Of a stretch of DNA of 64,000 nucleotides, positions 16,326 to 24,508 are shown in pieces. The position numbers were made by a program, and so were the translations under genes. The DNA comes from an uncultured bacterium (GTDB lineage: Bacteria; Patescibacteriota; Minisyncoccia; Phycocordibacterales; GWA1-40-21). Position 1 is the first letter of the stretch. Every line of letters begins with the position of its first letter. The notes under the pieces are model-generated. The model saw only the letters and a program-made list of their open reading frames with translations, did no database searches and was not told the origin of the DNA. Where the stretch lies: assembly GCA_963840885.1 (NCBI GenBank), contig CAWJAN010000006.1, positions 46,601 through 110,600 of the forward strand, read 5' to 3'.

Positions 16326-16868
16326 TTAATATGTCGGTGGTTTTTCTTTATTCCCTGATTTTGCGGCAGAAAATCTTGCGAGCGCATAAAGCAAGCTTGA
16401 TAAGCGGTTCAAAAAAGTAAGTGTATGCGGATCTATTTTTGCCAGCCCTTCTTCGCTTACTCCGACGACTCTTCTCTCTGCCCGCCTTGCGAGAGTCCTG
16501 GCAAAATCAAAATGCGCGGATATTTCGCTCGCTCCGGAAATGAAAAAAGTCTTTATTGCTGGCAATTCTTTTTCTATGCCGTCTACGATCTCCTCCATAT
16601 ATTTTATTTCACTCTCAGGAATTTTCTTGTCGGCTCCGGCAACCTGAGCCTGGACTATGAAAAGATCGTTCTGCATCCTCTCCGCAATATCCGAGATTTT
16701 TTCTTCCCCGAATTTCAAATCTCCCGATTTTGATTTTGCTACTCCGATATACGAATTGGTCTCATCCAGCGTTCCGAGCGCTTCCGCTACGGCCGAACTT
16801 TTTGAAATCCGCTGGTCACAGCCGAAAGTTTTCGTTGTTCCGCTGTCTCCCTTTCTAGTGTAAAGCAT
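16326..16868 (-). CDS. ATP:cob(I)alamin adenosyltransferase, PduO type.
   Basis: N-terminal MLYTRKGDSGTTKTFGCDQRISK plus the ALGTLDE..NS and ARRAERR motifs typical of the PduO/MMAB family. Confidence 0.8.
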   Translation of the reverse strand: MLYTRKGDSGTTKTFGCDQRISKSSAVAEALGTLDETNSYIGVAKSKSGDLKFGEEKISDIAERMQNDLFIVQAQVAGADKKIPESEIKYMEEIVDGIEKELPAIKTFFISGASEISAHFDFARTLARRAERRVVGVSEEGLAKIDPHTLTFLNRLSSLLYALARFSAAKSGNKEKPPTY

Positions 16869-16909
16869 GATGGGATTTTACCATAAAAAAGGAGCTGAAA
16901 AAATTACGC

Positions 16910-17107
16910 TTACAGCTCCTTTCCATACCACCTCGAATACTTGTGGCATTTTCCCTTTTTATGGCTTTTGCAGATATTTTTGCTGTTATATATGCTGAGG
17001 ACCGCTCCGCAAATATTACATCTGCGGCCGGCTTTGAAAACGCGCGGTTTCTTTTCGTATACATAATACGTTTCTTCGCTTACGTATTCCTTGCGCCGTC
17101 TTCCCAT
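16910..17107 (-). CDS. Small basic Cys-containing protein, hypothetical.
   Basis: 65 aa, K/R-rich. It carries a CNICG...CKSHKKGKCH zinc-binding-like pattern. Confidence 0.35.
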   Translation of the reverse strand: MGRRRKEYVSEETYYVYEKKPRVFKAGRRCNICGAVLSIYNSKNICKSHKKGKCHKYSRWYGKEL

Positions 17108-17216
17108 CTTTTTTCACCGCCTTTCGTTGGTAGCATCTTTACAGATTTTACAATTTTATTTTTTCATGCGAAAGGGGCGGCGGGCCAGATTGCCCGCCGC
17201 CCCTTATCTGTAAAAA

Positions 17217-17615
17217 TTATTTCTTCTCCTCAAGATCCATGCAAACGGAGTTTATGCAATATCTTTTTCCTGTCTTTGTTGGGCCGTCGTCGAAAACATG
17301 GCCTAAATGGGAACCGCATTTGGCGCATAATACTTCAGTCCTGTTCATTCCCAGGCTTTCGTCTTTTTCCAGTTTTACTGCTCCAGGCAAAGCTTCATCG
17401 AATGAAGGCCAGCCTGTCCCTGAATCGAACTTTTTATCGGAAGAAAAAATGGGGTTGCCGCAGGCAGAGCAGACATACATTCCCTCTTTGTTTTCATGCA
17501 CGTACTTTCCAGAAAAAGGAGCTTCTGTTCCCTTTTCTCGAAGCACTTTGTATTGCTCCGGCGTCAGCTTATTTTTCCAATCCGCTTCTTTCATTTGTTT
17601 TTCGTCTTTGTTCAT
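17217..17615 (-). CDS. msrB: Peptide-methionine (R)-S-oxide reductase MsrB.
   Basis: GTEAPFSGKY, CxxC...GWPSF and CAKCGSHLGHVFDDGP (SelR domain with a zinc CxxC pair). Confidence 0.9.
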   Translation of the reverse strand: MNKDEKQMKEADWKNKLTPEQYKVLREKGTEAPFSGKYVHENKEGMYVCSACGNPIFSSDKKFDSGTGWPSFDEALPGAVKLEKDESLGMNRTEVLCAKCGSHLGHVFDDGPTKTGKRYCINSVCMDLEEKK

Positions 17616-17619
17616 TTTT

Positions 17620-18174
17620 TTATTTATTAATAGTTTTTAAAAGATTCGCAAACTTTTTCTGGACCTTTTCTAATTTAGGATTTATGACGAGCTCGCAGTA
17701 CGGATTGCCAGGATGATTGGAAAAATAATCATGATGGTAATTCTCTGCTTCATAAAATTTTTTTAGCGGTGTTACTTCGGTTACAACCTGATCGCCTCCC
17801 GTATTGGAAGCATCTATTTCTTTTATAATGGCGAGGGCCTCTTTTTTCTGTTCGGGAGTCGTATAGAAAACTGCGGATCTGTACTGAGTTCCCACATCAT
17901 TCCCCTGGCGGTTCAAGGTCGTCGGATCATGAGAACCGAAAAAAACAGTCAGAAGATCGCGGTAAGAAACCTGCGATGGATCGTATTCCACTCTTGTCAC
18001 TTCCGCATGGCCTGTTTTTCCCGAACATACTTCTTCATATGTGGGATTTTCAGTCGTCCCTCCGGAATATCCTGGCAATACCGATGAAACCCCCTTCATC
18101 ATTTTGAATACCGCTTCAGTGCACCAGAAACATCCTCCGCCGAATACTGCTATTTCCTTTTGTTTTTCTGACAT
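17620..18174 (-). CDS. msrA: Peptide-methionine (S)-S-oxide reductase MsrA.
   Basis: AVFGGGCFWCTEAVF active-site motif and GYSGG. Confidence 0.9.
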   Translation of the reverse strand: MSEKQKEIAVFGGGCFWCTEAVFKMMKGVSSVLPGYSGGTTENPTYEEVCSGKTGHAEVTRVEYDPSQVSYRDLLTVFFGSHDPTTLNRQGNDVGTQYRSAVFYTTPEQKKEALAIIKEIDASNTGGDQVVTEVTPLKKFYEAENYHHDYFSNHPGNPYCELVINPKLEKVQKKFANLLKTINK

Positions 18175-18225
18175 ATGATAATTATAGCAGATAAAAAATA
18201 GGATTCATTATCCTGTTTAAATTTG

Positions 18226-18309
18226 TGCACGGGAGAGGACTCGAACCTCCAAAGGATTGCGCCCGCTACCACCTCAAGGTAGTGCGTCTACCAATTTCGC
18301 CACCCGTGC
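18226..18309 (-). tRNA. tRNA-Leu (anticodon GAG) with a long variable arm.
   Basis: The reverse complement is GCACGGGTGGCGAAATTGGTAGACGCACTACC TTGAGGT GGTAG + long arm CGGGCGCAATCCTTTGGAGG + GTTCGAGTCC..CCCGTGC A. Confidence 0.85.
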
Positions 18310-18376
18310 ATTAGGCTACATATTATAATAAAACTTTCTTTTTGCAATGAAAAACGCGGGCCTTGCCCGCGTTTTT

Positions 18377-18820
18377 TTATTCTTCTTTTTTCTCCGGCTT
18401 GGCTTCTTCTTTCTTTTTCGTATCGGTATTGCTTGTTCTTCTTGCCTCTAGAAGTTCTCCACCCAAATGCTTCCTGAGCTCTTTTGTGGCTTTGTTTCTT
18501 ACGTAGTAAAGCTTTGATCTCCTTACGTTTGAACGCTTCAGGACTTCTATTGAATCTATCATCGGAGAATAAAGCGGGAATATCCTTTCAACGCCTACTC
18601 CGTCGACGACTTTTCTTACTGTAAATGTAGCGCCGGCTTCTTTTCCGTGTTTTCTGGCAAGAACCATGCCTTCAAAAGCCTGGAGCCTGGTCTTGTCACC
18701 TTCCTTGATTTTTTGCCATACGATTACCGTATCTCCGGATTTCATATCGAGATCCTTCCTCTCATTCATGTCTACTGGTGAAATATTCATATATTTAAAT
18801 TGCGCTCTAAAATTTAGCAC
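18377..18820 (-). CDS. rplS: Ribosomal protein L19. The start is probably the internal Met at about 18790, and there is a K/E-rich C-terminal extension.
   Basis: [80 protein letters not shown] matches the L19 core. Confidence 0.85.
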   Translation of the reverse strand: MLNFRAQFKYMNISPVDMNERKDLDMKSGDTVIVWQKIKEGDKTRLQAFEGMVLARKHGKEAGATFTVRKVVDGVGVERIFPLYSPMIDSIEVLKRSNVRRSKLYYVRNKATKELRKHLGGELLEARRTSNTDTKKKEEAKPEKKEE

Positions 18821-18822
18821 AT

Positions 18823-19563
18823 TTATTTGGCTTTAGCAATTCCTATTTTCTTCATTGCGACCTCGAAATCCACCGGATAAGGAGCTTTTATGTTCAGGGT
18901 TTTTCCCGACGGTATCTTGATTTCAAGCTCTCTTGCATGAAGCGCCATCCTTTTGAAGCCCATTTGCTTCCTGCTCTTCAATAAAAAATCTCCGGCATAA
19001 AGCTGGTCCATGACAACGGGATGATTTACCGATTTGAAATGGACTCGTATCTGATGCGTCCTTCCTGTTTTCGGGATAGCCTCAAGAAATGTGAATCCGT
19101 CCGCTCTCTTAAGCACCCTGAAATATGTCACGGCCTCTCTCATTTCTCCTCTTGCGCCGCGCTGCGCGGTAAATTTCCTGAAATCGGTGGAACTTTTTCC
19201 TATCGGCCTGTCTATCATTCCCCTGTCTTCTTTTACGTCGCCGTAAACGAAAACATTATAAACTTTGTGAACTTCCCTGTTCTGGAACTGATCTTTCAAA
19301 AATTCATACGCCGGCTGGTTCTTCGCGATGATAAGCGCGCCGGTGGTATCTTTGTCTATCCTGTGCACTATTCCCGGGCGGAAAACTGTCGTGCCGTCGC
19401 CAAGCACGAGCGGCTCGCCTACTTTTTTTACTTTAGGGTATTTTTTCAAAATCCAATCGACCAAAGTTTTTGCTTTGGTCTTGCCATCCGGATGGACTAT
19501 TATTCCTGCCGGCTTGTTTATGACAATGACATCTTTGTCTTCGTATAGAATCGGGATTTTCAT
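18823..19563 (-). CDS. RluA-family pseudouridine synthase.
   Basis: [16 protein letters not shown] catalytic-Asp motif, and [18 protein letters not shown]. Confidence 0.85.
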   Translation of the reverse strand: MKIPILYEDKDVIVINKPAGIIVHPDGKTKAKTLVDWILKKYPKVKKVGEPLVLGDGTTVFRPGIVHRIDKDTTGALIIAKNQPAYEFLKDQFQNREVHKVYNVFVYGDVKEDRGMIDRPIGKSSTDFRKFTAQRGARGEMREAVTYFRVLKRADGFTFLEAIPKTGRTHQIRVHFKSVNHPVVMDQLYAGDFLLKSRKQMGFKRMALHARELEIKIPSGKTLNIKAPYPVDFEVAMKKIGIAKAK

Positions 19564-19611
19564 GTGATTTGTCTTGATAATCTAGCACGAATGAGTTATT
19601 GTACAAAGCGC

Positions 19612-19684
19612 GGGCGATTAGCTCAGTTGGTAGAGCGCTTCATTTACACTGAAGATGTCGCAGGTTCAAGTCCTGCATCGCCCA
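19612..19684 (+). tRNA. tRNA-Val (anticodon TAC).
   Basis: GGGCGAT TA GCTCAGTTGGTAGAGC G CTTCA TTTACAC TGAAG ATGTC GCAGGTTCAAGTCCTGC ATCGCCC A. The 7-bp acceptor stem pairs cleanly. Confidence 0.85.
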
Positions 19685-19959
19685 CAGAAAAAAGAATCTC
19701 TTTTTTGATGCAGGACTTGAAAGCCGGAGCGCGGCGGCGCGAGGCGGGGTCGCGAGATTTTTCAGCAGAAAAATACTCGTGACCAAGTCCTGCATCGCCC
19801 ACAAATTTACAGCGTTTTTTCTTATGACAAACTTGCTCGGTAGGAACTCGACCCTTACAAGGTCAGTACCCGGATTGGACTTTTCCGTTCATTATCATTC
19901 CGGAAAAATACACAATCGGGCTTCGATTCCTACACGGAAGCGCCCCGCGCTTCCTCTCA

Positions 19960-20004
19960 GGCACATTTTAAAAAACCGCGATAAGCGGTTTTTTAAAATG
20001 TGCC
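19960..20004. terminator. Perfect 20-bp-stem palindrome (ggcacattttaaaaaaccgc / gcggttttttaaaatgtgcc) abutting the 3' end of tRNA-Arg(TCT). Likely a bidirectional terminator or repeated palindromic element.
   Basis: Read directly from the sequence. A related element with the same CACATTTTAAAAA core occurs at 51486..51543. Confidence 0.5.
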
Positions 20005-20072
20005 TCCGGTAGGAATCGAACCTACATCAAAGCCTTAGAAGAGCTCTGTTCTATCCATTGAACTACGAAGGC
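20001..20072 (-). tRNA. tRNA-Arg (anticodon TCT).
   Basis: The reverse complement is GCCTTCG TA GTTCAATGGATAGAAC A GAGCT CTTCTAA GGCTT TGATG TAGGTTCGATTCCTAC CGGAGGC A. Confidence 0.85.
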
Positions 20073-20104
20073 AAGTGCCAATAACAAAAAGAAATATAAC
20101 AGGT

Positions 20105-20437
20105 TTATAGGGACGGGTCAACCAAATTTTTTGGAGACATTTTGGAAATTTCAGTTTTTCTAGATTCGTAATCGTTTATTATAGATTGTATCTCATCGGT
20201 TTTCAGCATCTCGACTTTTATGGAAGAGGATGGAACGCTTATGTACATCTCGCCGCTAGTTATTCTGCTGTACATTATGCCGTCAAAAACAAGATCAAAA
20301 GCTACGAAAACTGAAAATATTATTATTATCGAAATCCAATCCCGGACAGGATTTATGATTTTTCTGGATGACAAGATTTTATTCAGGAATCCGTACTTCT
20401 CGCCAGTATTATTTTTTGTATTGTTTTTTTCGCTCAT
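20105..20437 (-). CDS. Small single-TM protein, hypothetical.
   Basis: ORF with one hydrophobic helix (WISIIIIFSVFVAFDLVF). It lies downstream of the pilMNO-like genes. Confidence 0.35.
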   Translation of the reverse strand: MSEKNNTKNNTGEKYGFLNKILSSRKIINPVRDWISIIIIFSVFVAFDLVFDGIMYSRITSGEMYISVPSSSIKVEMLKTDEIQSIINDYESRKTEISKMSPKNLVDPSL

Positions 20438-20545
20438 CCAAATTAGAAAATTTTAATTTTAAACTTATTTTCGACTTTGTTATCTAAAATATAATTTGTT
20501 GTTTTTTTCATTTTATTTATTTCATTGAATTTCTAACGGGACAAG

Positions 20546-21091
20546 TTATTTGAATTTTATTACCGTGAAATCCAGGCTTCCTGACCATTGCGGCGTCTTC
20601 GTGCCTGATGAAGCCGGTATGACATCCAGAGAAACGTCGTCAATATCTATCTTTAACGGATATTCTTCAAGAGTATCTATGAAAAAATGAATGTTTTTCC
20701 AGCTTCCCGTCATGCTCATGCTTATCTTTACGTATTCCATTCCAAGCGCCGAAAGCGCGTCAGAAGAATCGTAGCTTATCTGGCTTATGCTTTCCTTAAG
20801 ATTGCTCGATACGGCCGCATTTTCAACTGTTTTTATAAGATCAGAGACATTATCCTTTCCTACCACGTAGCTGTCCAGGTTGTTTTCATAATCATTCCCG
20901 TATTTTATGTCATTTTTCATCAGAAATGCGGTATCGCTTTTTATTATTTCTGATCTTATTTCGTTTCCGCTGCTGATGGTATCGGCAATCTGGTTTTTTG
21001 TAAAAGAAAACATGACAATCCAAAAAGCGAGAAGAGCCGTATCAAAGATGAGTATTATCACGACCAGTGCTTTTGTTTCTTTTCTTGGCAT
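20546..21091 (-). CDS. PilO-like type IV pilus assembly protein (putative).
   Basis: 181 aa with a short N-terminal cytoplasmic segment, one TM helix and a periplasmic domain. Its position immediately after PilM/PilN-like genes supports the call. Confidence 0.4.
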   Translation of the reverse strand: MPRKETKALVVIILIFDTALLAFWIVMFSFTKNQIADTISSGNEIRSEIIKSDTAFLMKNDIKYGNDYENNLDSYVVGKDNVSDLIKTVENAAVSSNLKESISQISYDSSDALSALGMEYVKISMSMTGSWKNIHFFIDTLEEYPLKIDIDDVSLDVIPASSGTKTPQWSGSLDFTVIKFK

Positions 21092-21105
21092 ATTTTTAAT
21101 GGATC

Positions 21106-21645
21106 TTATTTCTTATCGTAAACAAGCGTTATGGAAAAATTGGCATTAGTATTATTTATAAGATACGATACCGGCAGATCGACGTTCGTGAAAGTTCCAT
21201 CATCCACTAGAGCTTTATTGAAAGACGTGAGATCGTCTCTTGTGGACGCTATTCCTGATATTGTTATTTTCTGCGAATTTCCCGCGGCAGCTGATATGGA
21301 GAAAGAAGATATGGATATATTATTATTTTTTAAAGAAATTATTTTATCTATAATGCCGCTATCGGAAATATTTGCCGTATCTCTCTCCAGAATATCCGCC
21401 ATACTATTCAGCTTTTTGACCAGCGCAACGACATCGTTATTGCTTTTGGAGGCCAGCGACTCGGTTATATCAAGCTGGTTTGCCACCGTCTTGCTTTCAT
21501 ATTTAGAAAAGATAGCAGAAGGTATGAAAAGAAGTATGAGGAGGAACAGGCCGAGAAAAACCGCCACGAGAAGAAATATGAGGCCTCTTAATATATATTC
21601 GAGCGTTACCTGTCTCTTATTTTTTTGTGGCAGAAAATCAAGCAT
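21106..21645 (-). CDS. PilN-like type IV pilus assembly protein (putative).
   Basis: N-terminal MLDFLPQKNKRQ (INLLP-like motif) followed by a single TM helix and a periplasmic domain. It overlaps the pilM-like gene by 8 bp, indicating an operon. Confidence 0.5.
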   Translation of the reverse strand: MLDFLPQKNKRQVTLEYILRGLIFLLVAVFLGLFLLILLFIPSAIFSKYESKTVANQLDITESLASKSNNDVVALVKKLNSMADILERDTANISDSGIIDKIISLKNNNISISSFSISAAAGNSQKITISGIASTRDDLTSFNKALVDDGTFTNVDLPVSYLINNTNANFSITLVYDKK

Positions 21646-22690
21646 TTTTGTTGATATTTTTTAATTTCATGTAAGGCATGGCCAGGCCTACGGCAGTTGC
21701 AAAATTAAGCGATTCTTTGAAATCTATGGGGGGAAGATAATTGTTTATGTCAAAAGTGTTGGACCATACATTTGCCGGTACTATTTCCATATCTATATTC
21801 TGCCCTACGTGGTTCAAAAAACCGGGAAGATCGGCCGAATCGCCGCACGCTATAATCTTGCGTATCGCGTCATCTCCTCCTATTGATTTTGACTTCACAT
21901 AATCTATGAATTTTTCAAGTTCATCCTTTATTATTGAGTATATATTAAGCGAGGATGCCATTGAATTTTTATTCTGATTGGAAGGCGAGACTCCAGCTTT
22001 TTCCAGGCTTTCATCTATGTAGCTTTTTCCTATATTCAGTACCGATGTAAAACGCACGGTATTTCCGTCAACAAAGGAAAAAATAGTCGAACTATATTTG
22101 ACATTCAATATTACATAGCTTTTCTTGTCGTCTTTCGGTATTACCGATCTTGCCGTCATCCTAGATTCTATTTCAAAATTCACCGGAAAAAATCCTGAAG
22201 CTACTATGGCATCTGAATAACTTTCTATCGTGGTTTTAGGTATGACCGATACGCTTGCGAATATGCCGCCGTCCTGCTTGTCTTCTCCTATTATTTCATA
22301 TTCGAAAAGAACCTCGCCGGCTTTGAACGGAACGTTTTCTTCAAGATGGAACTCAAGGGCCTGCCTGATTTCGCCCTTGTTCATTTTCGGCAATCTTATT
22401 TCAAAAATATAGGTCTTCTGTTCCGGAACGGAAACGTTCAGGGATTCTACTGAAATCTTGTTTTTCAGCTCAGAAAAAACTTTTGTGAACGCATCCTTGT
22501 TCAGTATGTCTCCGTCTTTCATGGTATTTTCCGGAAAGACTATTTCTCCGAAGTTTTTTACCGATAATCTTCCGTGTTCATTGAAAAATTCCAAAAATCT
22601 CACCGAGTGGTTTGAAATTTCAACTCCTGCCACCCTTATGGAAAGATAATCTAGTGGATAGGCAATCTTTTTAAAAAAATCAAGCTTCAT
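21638..22690 (-). CDS. PilM-like type IV pilus assembly ATPase-fold (actin-like) protein (putative).
   Basis: 350 aa. The N-terminus (LDYLSIRVAGVEISNHSVRF) resembles the PilM/FtsA-like fold, and the gene sits upstream of the PilN/O-like genes. Confidence 0.5.
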   Translation of the reverse strand: MKLDFFKKIAYPLDYLSIRVAGVEISNHSVRFLEFFNEHGRLSVKNFGEIVFPENTMKDGDILNKDAFTKVFSELKNKISVESLNVSVPEQKTYIFEIRLPKMNKGEIRQALEFHLEENVPFKAGEVLFEYEIIGEDKQDGGIFASVSVIPKTTIESYSDAIVASGFFPVNFEIESRMTARSVIPKDDKKSYVILNVKYSSTIFSFVDGNTVRFTSVLNIGKSYIDESLEKAGVSPSNQNKNSMASSLNIYSIIKDELEKFIDYVKSKSIGGDDAIRKIIACGDSADLPGFLNHVGQNIDMEIVPANVWSNTFDINNYLPPIDFKESLNFATAVGLAMPYMKLKNINKNA

Positions 22691-22741
22691 AAAGCTTGAT
22701 ATATTATAACAGAAAAATATATAGGCTGTAACAGAAGATTC

Positions 22742-23341
22742 CTATTTTCTCCTGAATATTTGGAATGCCACCGGAAGCACGGATAATATTATTATCGCCA
22801 CTATTACCGGCAATATGTATTTGTCTATATCCGGAATAGCCTGTCCAAGAAAGTACCCCGTGAAAACCAGGCCGAATGACCACGCAAATCCTCCGAGCAT
22901 ATTGAAAAATGTGAAATCCGTGTATTTCATATTGCCGACTCCGGCAACTATGGGAGCAAAAGTTCTTACGATCGGCGTAAATCTGGCCATGACTATGGTC
23001 TTTTTGCCATATTTTTCATAAAACTTTTCCGCGCTTTCCAAATGTCTCTTATGGAAGAAAAAAGAATCCTCCTTAGTAAAAATCTTCGGCCCGACTTTTT
23101 TGCCGAACCAATATCCGGTATTGTCGCCAAGCACCGCGCATACAAAAGAGCCTACGGCAAGAAGACCTACGTCAAGATAATTCTGCGAAGCAAGGAATCC
23201 GGCAGTAAAAAGAAGCGAATCACCGGGAAAAAAGAAGCCGAAAAACAAGCCGGACTCCGCATAAACCACGAAAAATAGGCCTATGAGGCCGAGAGTCTTT
23301 ATGATAAGTATGGGATCCAAAAGGTTTGAAATATTAGGCAT
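22742..23341 (-). CDS. DedA-family (SNARE-associated) membrane protein.
   Basis: GLFFGFFFPGDSLLFTAGFLAS and VMARFTPIVRTFAPIVAGVGNMKY motifs. Confidence 0.8.
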   Translation of the reverse strand: MPNISNLLDPILIIKTLGLIGLFFVVYAESGLFFGFFFPGDSLLFTAGFLASQNYLDVGLLAVGSFVCAVLGDNTGYWFGKKVGPKIFTKEDSFFFHKRHLESAEKFYEKYGKKTIVMARFTPIVRTFAPIVAGVGNMKYTDFTFFNMLGGFAWSFGLVFTGYFLGQAIPDIDKYILPVIVAIIILSVLPVAFQIFRRK

Positions 23342-23347
23342 TTGTTT

Positions 23348-24103
23348 TTATTTGAATTTTGTTCCTTCCGGAATATATTCCGGCACTTCCATAAGAGCGA
23401 ATTTTTCTCCGCTTGATACAGCAAGTATCATGCCGTTTGAATCGAGACCCATCATTTTTCTTGGTTCAAGATTGGTGACGAAAGCGACTTTTTTCCCTAC
23501 AACGGAATCTGCGGAAGGAAAATATTTGGCTATTCCGGAAAGAATCTGCCTGGGTTCGCCTTCGGCAAAATCAACTGATAGCTTGAGCAGCTTGTCCGAG
23601 CCTTCTATCGGCTCCGCAGAAAGTATTTTCCCTACTTTCATCTCTATCTTGGAAAAATCGTCGATGCTGATTTTTTTATTTTTCCCGGCCTCGGCTTCAG
23701 CCTGATTTTTCTTTTCATTCCTTGCTTTTTCCTTGTCCAAAAAAGTCTGGAGTATTATGGAAGCGGCGGAAGCATCCAGCATATCCGTCTTGCCGAAAGT
23801 TTTTTCCACCTGCATGGAAGACATAAATTCCGGCTCCAGGAAAACCGGGAGCTTTGCGGCATTTCCCAGTTCGCGCTTGAAAGATATTATTTCCGGATTT
23901 ATCTTATTGTCTTCTCCCTTATAATCTTTTGATTCTCCTATAACCAGAGCCTCTGCGGCATTTTCAGCGCAGAAATCGGCTATATTTTTTATCAGGCTGC
24001 CATTGTTTTCCATTACTATCTTAGGGAAAGCCACCTTTCCTTCGCTGTCGGAAACGGCTATTCCAACCCTCTTTTCTCCGTAATCTATTCCGAGATATTT
24101 CAT
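23348..24103 (-). CDS. ruvX: Fusion protein. An N-terminal Holliday-junction resolvase-like RuvX/YqgF domain is joined to a C-terminal tRNA-binding (Myf/CsaA/EMAP-type OB-fold) domain. The start used here is the internal Met; the ORF track begins 37 codons upstream at 24214.
   Basis: The YqgF domain reads MKYLGIDYGEKRVGIAVSD...AEALVIGESKDYKGEDN...DASAASIILQTFL. The C-terminus KVGKILSAEPIEGSDKLLKLSVDFAEGEPRQILSGIAKYF...KKVAFVTNLEPRKMMGLDSNGMILA matches the tRNA-binding domain found at the MetRS C-terminus and in CsaA. Confidence 0.7.
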   Translation of the reverse strand: MKYLGIDYGEKRVGIAVSDSEGKVAFPKIVMENNGSLIKNIADFCAENAAEALVIGESKDYKGEDNKINPEIISFKRELGNAAKLPVFLEPEFMSSMQVEKTFGKTDMLDASAASIILQTFLDKEKARNEKKNQAEAEAGKNKKISIDDFSKIEMKVGKILSAEPIEGSDKLLKLSVDFAEGEPRQILSGIAKYFPSADSVVGKKVAFVTNLEPRKMMGLDSNGMILAVSSGEKFALMEVPEYIPEGTKFK

Positions 24104-24185
24104 ATTTTTATATAGCACATCATACATCAATAAGGTCATAATAAAAAGTTTTGCCAGCTGGAAAAATTTTGCTACAATAAGCGGC

Positions 24186-24443
24186 ATGAGCACAGATATA
24201 TTAAGCCAGTCCATGGCAACTTATATTTCATCCAATCCTTGGATAATATTGGTAATCATTTGGTCTGCGGTTTGGAAACTGATAGCCCTTTGGAAAGCCG
24301 CAAGGCATGGCCAGATGACTATATTTATAGTCCTTGCCTTATTGAACACCATAGGCATTCTTGAAATCATTTACATAATCTATCTTCATTACAAAGACAA
24401 GAAAGATTCGATGAATTCTCCGAAATCTCCTATGCAAAGTTAA
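24186..24443 (+). CDS. Small two-TM membrane protein, hypothetical.
   Basis: ORF with two hydrophobic helices, followed by a rho-independent terminator. Confidence 0.4.
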   Translation: MSTDILSQSMATYISSNPWIILVIIWSAVWKLIALWKAARHGQMTIFIVLALLNTIGILEIIYIIYLHYKDKKDSMNSPKSPMQS

Positions 24444-24454
24444 AACCAAAACAA

Positions 24455-24488
24455 AGAGCCGCGCCTGAAAGGCGCGGCTCTTTGTTTT
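24455..24488. terminator. Rho-independent terminator, bidirectional.
   Basis: agagccgcgcc-tgaaa-ggcgcggctct followed by TTGTTTT. It lies between convergent genes. Confidence 0.6.
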
Positions 24489-24508
24489 GGGCGAATAATA
24501 TTATCAGA

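Noticed and set aside
16943-17716. 257-aa plus-strand ORF
   Set aside because: It is antisense to msrB and the small Zn-ribbon gene, and its composition is low-complexity. This is a spurious ORF.
19779-20012. 77-aa plus-strand ORF between tRNA-Val and tRNA-Arg
   Set aside because: It runs through tRNA-remnant and palindrome sequence and has no coding features.
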